Source of the DNA: an uncultured Gemmatimonadales bacterium
Lineage (GTDB): Bacteria; Gemmatimonadota; Gemmatimonadetes; Gemmatimonadales; Gemmatimonadaceae
Reading direction: 5' to 3'
DNA length: 64,000 nt
NCBI GenBank assembly: GCA_963850905.1
Contig: CAWKMU010000003.1
Span: 2,112,001 to 2,176,000 of the forward strand
The position numbers and the translations under genes were made by a program. Each line of letters begins with the position of its first letter. Positions within the stretch are counted from its first letter, which is position 1. The notes under the pieces were generated by a model, which saw only the letters and a list, made by a program, of their open reading frames with translations, was not told the origin of the DNA and did not search any database. Positions 52,006 through 60,637 of the stretch are shown here, one piece after another.

Positions 52006-54441
52006 TTGCATGTGCTTTTTGCCCTCATCCCCGCGGTGCTCACCTTCGGGGCGCCAGTTTCTATTGCCCACACCGGGGCGACCCTGGCGTCCCCCGACAC
52101 GATCACGGTGCGATCCCCGGATAGCGCGGCGCGTGCCGAGACTTACAGTGGGCGCGCGGGGCAGCTCGCCGTACGGATCCCGCGTTTCGATGAGGGGGTC
52201 CCGCTGGATGGCACACTGAACGCCCCCGTCTGGGAGCGCGCAGCGCTCCTGACCGGCTTTTCAGAGTACACACCTGTCGATGGGCTGCCAGCCGAGGATT
52301 CGACGGAGGTGCTGGTCTGGTACTCCCCGCATGCCATCTATTTCGGTATCCGGGCGTTCGAGCCGCACGGCGGTGTCCATTACAAACTCGCTGATCGCGA
52401 CAAGATCGACGCCGACGACAACGTCCAGATCATTCTCAGCCCGTTCCTGCATTCGCGCCAGGCGCTCGTGTTTGCCGTCAACCCGCTTGGCATTCAGGAG
52501 GATGGCACCATCACGGAAGGGGTGAGCACCGGAAAACACTTCAATACCGGGAACACCCAGACCGGGCGCCCGACGACGGACCTGAGTCCCGATTTCGTCT
52601 ACGAGTCAAAGGGGCACATCACGCCGTTTGGATACGAGGTGGTCGTCCGTATTCCGTTTCGCAGCATCAAGTACCAGTCGTCGGACCCGCAGAATTGGGG
52701 GGTCAATGTGCTGCGCAAGGTCCAGCACTCGGGTCACGAGCAGACGTGGGTTCCGACGAAACTCGCCTCGGCGTCGTTCCTCGGCCAATCGGGGACCCTG
52801 GTCGGGCTGAGCGGCCTCCAAAGCGGCCTCGTGCTCGACCTCAACCCCTTCGTGACCGCGCACGCCATTGGCGACAGCGGTGGTCCGCAACCGTGGCGCT
52901 ACGGTGTCAGTCGGCCATCGTTCGGCGCGAACATGCGCTGGGGCATCACGAGCAATCTCACCATGACGGGCACCTACCGGCCCGATTTCGCCGAGGTCGA
53001 ATCGGACGCCACGAAGTTGATCATCGATCCCCGCAATGCGGTGTCCTATCCGGAGAAGCGCCCCTTCTTCCTCGAAGGTCTCGAGCAGTTCAGCACGCCC
53101 AACAACCTCATTTACACTCGACAGATCGAATCGCCCGTCGACGCCATCAAGCTCACCGGCAAGGTGTCCGACGTCACCGTCGCGTACCTGGGGGCGCAGG
53201 ACCAGGAAGACTCCTCGATGCTCGGACCCGGCCACGCGACGTTCAACGTCGTGCGTGCGTTTCGCGACGTTGGGTCGTCGTCGATCATTGGCGTGACGGC
53301 GACCGACAAGGAACTGGGCGGGGCGTTCAACCGGATGGCCAGCGCGGACGCTCGCCTGACCTTCGACAAGATCTACTCGGTGCAGCTACAAGGCGCTGCG
53401 AGCAGCACGCGCGACAGCGCCGGGACCGGGGGAGGCGCCGGGCCGTTGTGGTACGGTCGTTTCACACGCGCCGGCCGCACGTTCGGGTTCGACTACCTCT
53501 TCCGCGGCATCGATCCCGAATTCTTTGCTGGTAGCGGGTTCATCTCGAGGAACGGGGTCGCGGTCGCCAGCTTCGATCACCGTGTCACGCTGTATGCACC
53601 GCCTGGCGGGCTCGTCGAGACCTATGGTGGTGACTTCCGCTACTCGGACACCTGGGTCTACCGCGATCTGACGTCGGGTCGAGCGCCCGAGGACCGCCGT
53701 TATCAATTCAACGTGACCGCGACGCTCCACGGCGGATGGCAAATCGGTGGTGCCATCTATCTGGAGACGTTTGGATACGACCCGACCCTCTTCCAGAACT
53801 ACTACCTGGGCACGATCAGCCATGGCGATACGGTTCTGACGCGATTTCCCAACCAGGGGCTGATCCCCAACACGGACTATGTGTTTACGGTGTACACGCC
53901 CCAGTTTGGGCACTTCTATGCCAGTCTCATCGAGGTCTGGGGCCGCGATGAGAACTTCTATGAGTGGTCGTCGGCCGATGTCCAACTCCCATCGGTCGAG
54001 CTGACCTGGCAGCCGACCTCCCGGGTGCGAGCCGATCTGACGGTGACGGGACAGTACGACTGGCGACATTCGAACAAATCGATGGTCGCCCGAACGACGA
54101 TTCCGCGCCTCGACCTCGAATATCAGTTCACGCGGTCCATCTTCGTGCGACTCGTCGGCCAGTACGACGCGGCCTACCAGGACAGCCTGTACGACGATTC
54201 CCGCACCTATCTGCCGATCTTCATCAAGAATCCGACGACCGGTGTGATCAGCCGGGCGACCGCTGGCACCAGCAACGTGCTGAGCGGGCAGTTCCTTTTC
54301 GCGTACCAGCCCATCCCGGGCACGGTTGCGTTCATCGGGTACAACAACGACTCCAACGAGCCCTACGCCCTTCGCTTCTCCGGCTTGGTGCGACAGGCGG
54401 ACAACTTCTTCGTGAAGTTCAGCTATCTGTTCCGCATGTAG
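52006..54441 (+). CDS. CBM9-like + DUF5916 outer-membrane protein (paralog 2)
   Basis: Same motifs as 14883-17357; ends FFVKFSYLFRM. Confidence 0.8.
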   Translation: MHVLFALIPAVLTFGAPVSIAHTGATLASPDTITVRSPDSAARAETYSGRAGQLAVRIPRFDEGVPLDGTLNAPVWERAALLTGFSEYTPVDGLPAEDSTEVLVWYSPHAIYFGIRAFEPHGGVHYKLADRDKIDADDNVQIILSPFLHSRQALVFAVNPLGIQEDGTITEGVSTGKHFNTGNTQTGRPTTDLSPDFVYESKGHITPFGYEVVVRIPFRSIKYQSSDPQNWGVNVLRKVQHSGHEQTWVPTKLASASFLGQSGTLVGLSGLQSGLVLDLNPFVTAHAIGDSGGPQPWRYGVSRPSFGANMRWGITSNLTMTGTYRPDFAEVESDATKLIIDPRNAVSYPEKRPFFLEGLEQFSTPNNLIYTRQIESPVDAIKLTGKVSDVTVAYLGAQDQEDSSMLGPGHATFNVVRAFRDVGSSSIIGVTATDKELGGAFNRMASADARLTFDKIYSVQLQGAASSTRDSAGTGGGAGPLWYGRFTRAGRTFGFDYLFRGIDPEFFAGSGFISRNGVAVASFDHRVTLYAPPGGLVETYGGDFRYSDTWVYRDLTSGRAPEDRRYQFNVTATLHGGWQIGGAIYLETFGYDPTLFQNYYLGTISHGDTVLTRFPNQGLIPNTDYVFTVYTPQFGHFYASLIEVWGRDENFYEWSSADVQLPSVELTWQPTSRVRADLTVTGQYDWRHSNKSMVARTTIPRLDLEYQFTRSIFVRLVGQYDAAYQDSLYDDSRTYLPIFIKNPTTGVISRATAGTSNVLSGQFLFAYQPIPGTVAFIGYNNDSNEPYALRFSGLVRQADNFFVKFSYLFRM

Positions 54442-54486
54442 GCGCCGCGAGAGCATGCGCGGCCCGGGCCGGGGCGTCATCGTCAC

Positions 54487-55806
54487 GTGACAGACGTAAT
54501 CGTGGTCGGAGCGGGCGTGGCGGGACTATCGGCCGCTCGTGTGTTGCACGAATCCGGCGCGCGAGTGGTCGTGCTCGAAGCGCGCGATCGGGTCGGGGGA
54601 CGCATTCGCACACATCGCGCGCCGGGAGTCGCCCAGCCCATCGAGCTGGGGGCAGAGTTCGTGCACGGTCGGGTCGCAGCGACGTTCCGGATCGCGGACG
54701 AAGCGGCACTGTTGCTCTGTGAGCTCACGGGTGAGTGGTGGCGAGCGCGCGACGGTGTCCTCAGACCGGGCGAGGGTATGGATACCGCGATCGCACAGGT
54801 GATGGCTCGACTCGACGCGGCGCGCACCCCCGACCGGAGCTTCGCCGATTTCGCGAGCGAGATCCGCGAGGATCCTGCGCTCGCCCGGGCATTGCCGCGT
54901 GCACAGCTCTACGTCGAGGGGTTCGAGGCGGCCGATCCAGCGCGGATCGGCGAGCGCTGGCTCGCGCTCGCGGAAGCTGCAGGGAGAGCCGATCGGGAGG
55001 ACCAGCAGTTTCGGTTCGTGAACGGCTACGATGCGATACCCCTCGCGATCGCGAGCGCACTGCCCCCGGAGGCGCTACGCCTCTCGCACGTTGTGCGAGC
55101 GATTGAATGGGAGCCAGGCCACGCGGCGGTGACTACGGATCAGGGCACGCTGAGCGCGCGCGCGGTCGTGGTGACAGTGCCGCTTGGCGTGCTGACCGCT
55201 TCGGATGTGGAAGCGCTCGGCTCGATCGTGTTTCGGCCGGATCTCGGAACGGCCGTGCGGCGCGCGTTCAATGGGATGGCAATGGGCTCCGTCGTCCGCA
55301 TGGTGTTCAATTTCCGAGAACCATTCTGGACCGCGATGCCGCGAGGGCGTGTCCGCGACGATCCGACCGCCATCAGGTTCCTCTCTGTTGAGGATGGTGA
55401 TTTCAAGGTGTGGTGGACGCCGTTCCCGTTGCGCGCGCCCACGCTGACAGCATGGCTGGGTGGACCTCGGGCCGCAGCCCTGGCAGAGCTTCCGGTCGGC
55501 GCTATTGCGGAGCGCGCCCTGGGTGGTCTCGCTCGATCGCTGGGGATTCCCGCGTCCAGGCTGGAGTCCCTCGTCGCCGCCACCTGGTATCACGACTGGC
55601 AACACGATCCGTTCACCCGTGGCGCGTACAGTTACGGCGTGGTGGGCGGGATCGATGCGCCGCGCGCGCTGATGCAGCCGATTGCCGACACGCTGTTCCT
55701 TGCCGGCGAGCACACCGATCCCGACGGGCGGTCGGGCACCGTGCACGCGGCGATCATGAGCGGGCGCGGCGCCGCCGAGCGTGTGCGTCGCGCCCTCACT
55801 GGATGA
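54487..55806 (+). CDS. Flavin monoamine oxidase family protein
   Basis: GAGVAG, EARDRVGGR, ELGAEFVHG, GAYSY, AGEHT, TVHAA. Confidence 0.92.
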   Translation: MTDVIVVGAGVAGLSAARVLHESGARVVVLEARDRVGGRIRTHRAPGVAQPIELGAEFVHGRVAATFRIADEAALLLCELTGEWWRARDGVLRPGEGMDTAIAQVMARLDAARTPDRSFADFASEIREDPALARALPRAQLYVEGFEAADPARIGERWLALAEAAGRADREDQQFRFVNGYDAIPLAIASALPPEALRLSHVVRAIEWEPGHAAVTTDQGTLSARAVVVTVPLGVLTASDVEALGSIVFRPDLGTAVRRAFNGMAMGSVVRMVFNFREPFWTAMPRGRVRDDPTAIRFLSVEDGDFKVWWTPFPLRAPTLTAWLGGPRAAALAELPVGAIAERALGGLARSLGIPASRLESLVAATWYHDWQHDPFTRGAYSYGVVGGIDAPRALMQPIADTLFLAGEHTDPDGRSGTVHAAIMSGRGAAERVRRALTG

Positions 55807-55869
55807 TCGGGGCGCGCGCCGGCCTCCCGGGGGATGAATGGGAGCGTGCTCGCGTGAAGATGGGCGATC

Positions 55870-56415
55870 TCATCGAAAAGCTGCCGGACGATCCGCGACT
55901 GCGCCCCGCGTCGTAAAGGCGGCGTTGGCGCCGTCCCCCAGGCGCCAGTGGGTCAACAGTGCGATCGCGAGTCCGATGCAGAACACGACGGCGGCCACCG
56001 CATTGACCCGCGCGACGAGCGGCGTCGGGCCTTCGCGCGGGGGGACGCGGGACAACGGCACCACGACGACATTCATGATGAGATAGACCAGCACGCCGTA
56101 GCCAAGGCCCGAGACCACCGGCCGGCGGCGAAGCAGCGGCAGCCTGAGACTGGCGAGGACGAACATGGCCGTCCACGCGAGCGCAATCGTGTAGTGCAGC
56201 ACGACGCCAAGCAGCACGGTGGCAACGCCACCGCTCGTCGCTGCCTGCACGCCGATCAATCCACTCGCGATGTAGCGGAAGACCATCGCCGGTGTCACAC
56301 CCCGAAAGCCGACGAAGATGAGGTCTTCGCTGATGTCCAGAGTGCCCGCGATCACCCCGATGCCGAGGATCGCGGTGAAGGCGCGAGCGTGAGATCGATC
56401 GGATGGCGTTGTCAT
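55870..56415 (-). CDS. Hypothetical membrane protein (about 4 TM)
   Basis: GTLDI, YIASGL.G, LHY.IA, MN.VVVPLS. Confidence 0.7.
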   Translation of the reverse strand: MTTPSDRSHARAFTAILGIGVIAGTLDISEDLIFVGFRGVTPAMVFRYIASGLIGVQAATSGGVATVLLGVVLHYTIALAWTAMFVLASLRLPLLRRRPVVSGLGYGVLVYLIMNVVVVPLSRVPPREGPTPLVARVNAVAAVVFCIGLAIALLTHWRLGDGANAAFTTRGAVADRPAAFR

Positions 56416-57889
56416 GGCAGCGGTTCGACTCGAAGTGTGTCGCCAGACAGGGCGATGACTGCCCGGCTGCTCGCCAGGCGCACGTGCGGTGCAGTGATCA
56501 CCAGGTCGCTGAGGGCGGCCGGTTGCTGCAAAGCGGCGAGCGCAATCGATGTGCCGCCCGCGGTGACCTTCACGCTGTCGGCCGGGCTCAGGAGGGATCG
56601 AAACGTCCCGGTGGAGTCATTGTGGATCGTCGCGATGTTGAGGTCCGCATCGAGCGACTTCCCCGCACACGGATGCACCCAGCGGGTGTGCAATTGCACG
56701 GCGGTCGTCACCTGCAGCACGTTCTGGGGGTCCAGGCCGCAGATACGGAAATCCCGGGCGGGGAGGGAGTCGGCGCTCATGATGAGCTGCACACCTTTGC
56801 CCGACAAATGCTGTCAACCCGCGCCTGGCTGGCGGTCTGGAGTGCCGCAATGTCTCGGACCGCCGCTCCGCGCAGCGCAGTCGCATCGAACCCGGTGGCG
56901 GCCGCGCTGCGCCACGCACGGGCCAGGTCGTCAAAACCGGATGCCACGGCCAGTGCGCCGTCGAGGGTCTCCCGGTGGTGCATGATGTCGTGTTTCCATG
57001 TCGTCGGCGCCAACTCGTCGAGCAGTGCTGCGATCGCAGGACCCGTGCGGTAGTATCGGATCCGGAACGAGCGCTGCCCATCTCGAGTGAGTGCCTCGAG
57101 CGCAGGGCGACGCGCGGCGAGCCGCTCCCGAGCGCCGGCTCGCCAATCGGTCGGTCCGTACGCGGCGATCAGTTGCAGCGCGCGGACGAGCGCATATTCG
57201 GCCAACCCTTCATTCAACTCGCTAGCCCGATCGAACTCCGCGTATTCCGCGTCCAGATCGGCAAGCCGTGCCTCGCGCACCGCCACGAACTCGCGGGCAA
57301 GCTCGCGGCGCCGCGCCTGGGTCGGCGCCACCGTCGCAGCCGCTAATACGCGTCCCTCGAGTGCGAACCCCGCTTCGTTTGTGACATCGAAGACTGGGTA
57401 GCTCGCGACGTAGTATGCGTTCTCGGTCTCGCCGAACCATGTCCCCGGACGGCGCGAAGCGCGCTCGAAAACGTGAAAGGCCTCATGGAAGGCTGTCGGA
57501 ATCAGGTCATCCGGGTCGACCGATGACACTGATACCTGCGCCACCGTCGTGCCTGCGAACACCTCCGACGTGTTTGCCGTAGTTTCGTGGCTGCTATCAC
57601 TCCAGGAGGCCTCCGGCAGACCCTGCACCGCTTCGAAGCCGGCGGGCGGCGCACCGTGCCATCCAACGAGGAGGAATCCCCGGCGCGGCAGCGCAAAGAC
57701 GACCGGGATGGTGTCGGGGCGATAGCCTGGCCACACCGCATTGCCGTACATCCGGCCAAGGCGCGCGGCCTCTGCGGCGGCGCGGGCGATCGTGCGCACG
57801 GTATCCATCGGCACCTGCGCACGCGCCTGTGGCGCAGGGGCAAAGGCGAGCTGCGCGGCGACGAGCAGGGTGACGGTAGGCCGGTGCAT
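56412..57889 (-). CDS. Exported putative zinc metallopeptidase (HExxH); apparent frameshift at ~56807
   Basis: Signal peptide, HEAFH plus NEGLAEY, YYRTG; ORFs 56777-57964 and 56412-56807 join as VDSILSGKG. Confidence 0.7.
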
Positions 57890-57991
57890 GCGACGGTTCC
57901 TTCCGGTTGCCGAACTTACGTAGCTGCTAGTTAGTCCCACAATGTCCCCGGAACGATTACTCACTCAGATGTGATCTTCGCACCGCTGGAA

Positions 57992-60412
57992 TCAGTCTGC
58001 TCTGAGTGCCACTGCCGGGTCGACGCCGATCGCCCGCTGGGCAGGCAACCATGTAGCAAGGCCTGCAATGCCGAGCAGGATCCCACACACGCCTAAGAGG
58101 ATGACGGGATCAGCGGGCCAAACCTGGTAGAGGAGACTCGTGAGAAATCGGCTCAGCACGAGGGCGCCACCGACTCCTCCCACAAGGCCAAGCACCACGG
58201 GACGTGCGGCCTGTGTGCTGACCAGGCGCAGCACATCGCCGGGGGTCGCCCCCACCGTCATGCGTACGCCGATCTCGCGCGTGCGCTGTGCGACGAATTG
58301 GCGAAGCACGCCGTACAGCCCAGTCGCGGCAAGCAAGAGGGCAAAGATGGCGAAGGCTCCGAGGAGGGTGGCCCGAAACCGCGGATAGGCCAGGAAGAGT
58401 CCGAGACGCGCCTGCATTGTTTCCATCTCGCCAATTGCCGCGCCGCCACCAACATCTTCAATGGCGCGCTGTAATTGAGTCTCAGTCCCGCGAAGCGCAA
58501 CGGAAACGGCCCGCGGTGGGTCCTGGGACAGCGGTTCGAACACCTCTGGTCGCGTCACCCAGCCGATCTGGTGATAGCTGCTGGCAGTCTTCTCGTCTGC
58601 GACGACACCAACGATCGTTCGCCAGGGGTTCGACGGCCCTGCGCCGCCAACGCGTATGCGCTGTCCGATCGGGTCCGTCCCGTGGAAGTAGCCGCGCGCG
58701 ATGGACGCGCCGATGAGGGCGACGGGCTCCGTCGTCGCGCGGTCGCGCCCATCGAACGTGCGCCCCCGAAGCAACGAGATGCCCAACAACTCGAAATACC
58801 CGGGCCCCACTGTCCGCTCTCCGACACTGTAGGCGTCGCTGTCGGCCGTCTGTGTTGCCCCGGCGAGGCGCAGCCCGGCCGAGTTCCCCGCACTGTAGGG
58901 CGGGAGGCTGGTCGCGATGACCGCACGCTCTCCCAGCCGAGAGGCGAGCCGCTCGTAGAAGGCGAGCCGATGGTCGGGGTCCGAATACCGGTCCGCCGGA
59001 AGCACGATCCCCGTGACGGCCAGACCATTGGCGCGGAAGCCAAGCGGTTCCCCACTCATCTTGAAGACGCTCTTCAGCAGCAGCATTGCGCCGACGAGCA
59101 GGACGATCGAAAGGGCCATCTCAGCGGTCACGAGGGATCTGACCAAGTGCCGCGACGGCTTGGAGGCTCCCTCGCGACCGGTGCTTTTCAGCCCGGCCAA
59201 CGCCGCCGCTCGCGATGCTCGCCACGCTGGAAGCAGGCCGAAGACGAGAGCGGACCCAACCGAGGCAAGCAAGGCGAAGGCGAGCACCTGGCTGTTCACG
59301 GTGACGTGCGATCCAATCGGCATTTCAACCGGCGCGCGCGCGTGGAAATAGCGGACGCCCGCAAAGGCGAGCGCCACGCCGATCAGGCCTCCGACCAATG
59401 CCAGCACCAGCGCTTCAGTCAACAACTGCCGGACCATGCGTTGCTCACTGCATCCGAGTGCGACGCGCACGGCCAACTCTCGATGGCGCGCGACCCCCTG
59501 AGCCAGCAACAGGCTCGCAATGTTGAGGCACGCAATCAGCAGCACCAGTCCGACCGCGCCGGCGAGCACCCAGAGCGTGGTCTTGAGCTCGGTCTCCGCA
59601 AGGAAGGTGAACTCTTCCTGGAGGCCGTAGACGACCGGCACGAGATCGCGTTCTCGTCCGTCGGCGCGGTGCAGCGCTGCGTGCAGCGCTGCGACCTCCC
59701 GCTGGGCATCGCTCACGTGCACGCCGTCGCGGAGGCGCGCGAAGATGCCGACGGGGAGGCTGTCTCGTGCCGGCGAAAACCTGGGCGTCAGCAGAACCCA
59801 TAATCCCGTCACGTCGGGATAGAAGGCGAATCCGGGAGGCATGACCCCGACCACCGTGCAGGCCTGATCGTCGAGTGCGATCGCGCTGCCGACCAGGGCG
59901 GGGTCGGCACCGAGCGGTCCGCTCCAGAGGCGGTGGCTCAAGACGACTGCACATCCATCCGTCAGATCTGCAGCCGTGAAGGTTCGGCCGATTGCAGCGG
60001 ATACCCCGAGGAGGGAGAAGAAAGATTCGCTCACCGGCACAGCCAACACCGTTTGAGGGTGGCCGTGTCCGCTGAGCACGCGGCTGTCTACGGCCCACGT
60101 CGCGATCGCGGCGCCATCGAATGCCTTCGCATGTTGAGCGACTTCGCGAAAATCCGCGAAGCTGTCGAAGTTCTTCGAGGTGCCGCTGGCGCGGACATCT
60201 TTGTCCCAGATCGCAACCAGATGGGACGGGTTGCGGTACGGCAGCGGTTGAAGCAGGACACCGTCGATCACACTGAACACGGCGGCGCTCGCGCCGATGC
60301 CGAGCGCCAGGACGATGACCGCGAGGGCAGTCACGCCGCGCCTGCGGGCCATCCCTCGGCTGGCCTGCACGATGTCGTGCCAGAGCCCATCGTAGAAACT
60401 CAGGCTGTGCAC
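57992..60412 (-). CDS. ADOP/MacB-type duplicated ABC permease
   Basis: ALGIGA..AVFSV, LLIACLN.A.LLL, RTREIGVRM..GA, VDPAVALRAD; GTG start with GGGAGA RBS. Confidence 0.92.
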   Translation of the reverse strand: MHSLSFYDGLWHDIVQASRGMARRRGVTALAVIVLALGIGASAAVFSVIDGVLLQPLPYRNPSHLVAIWDKDVRASGTSKNFDSFADFREVAQHAKAFDGAAIATWAVDSRVLSGHGHPQTVLAVPVSESFFSLLGVSAAIGRTFTAADLTDGCAVVLSHRLWSGPLGADPALVGSAIALDDQACTVVGVMPPGFAFYPDVTGLWVLLTPRFSPARDSLPVGIFARLRDGVHVSDAQREVAALHAALHRADGRERDLVPVVYGLQEEFTFLAETELKTTLWVLAGAVGLVLLIACLNIASLLLAQGVARHRELAVRVALGCSEQRMVRQLLTEALVLALVGGLIGVALAFAGVRYFHARAPVEMPIGSHVTVNSQVLAFALLASVGSALVFGLLPAWRASRAAALAGLKSTGREGASKPSRHLVRSLVTAEMALSIVLLVGAMLLLKSVFKMSGEPLGFRANGLAVTGIVLPADRYSDPDHRLAFYERLASRLGERAVIATSLPPYSAGNSAGLRLAGATQTADSDAYSVGERTVGPGYFELLGISLLRGRTFDGRDRATTEPVALIGASIARGYFHGTDPIGQRIRVGGAGPSNPWRTIVGVVADEKTASSYHQIGWVTRPEVFEPLSQDPPRAVSVALRGTETQLQRAIEDVGGGAAIGEMETMQARLGLFLAYPRFRATLLGAFAIFALLLAATGLYGVLRQFVAQRTREIGVRMTVGATPGDVLRLVSTQAARPVVLGLVGGVGGALVLSRFLTSLLYQVWPADPVILLGVCGILLGIAGLATWLPAQRAIGVDPAVALRAD

Positions 60413-60637
60413 GCGATGTCTCCCCACGATTGATGGCCACGCCGGAGCCACCCTTTGTGCCGGCTGCGTTGAGCCAGGCGGCGAGCGCTCAGCCCGAGCG
60501 GCTACTGTACTCGGAGGGGCGGATACCCGCCTGCAATCTGGCGGATCCACCCTGGCTCCGCGCTAGTCAGGTCGGCGTGTGTAGCAGCGGCGCATCAGGG
60601 CAGGGGAGAGCAGACAAAGGCATCGCGTAGCCCTATC

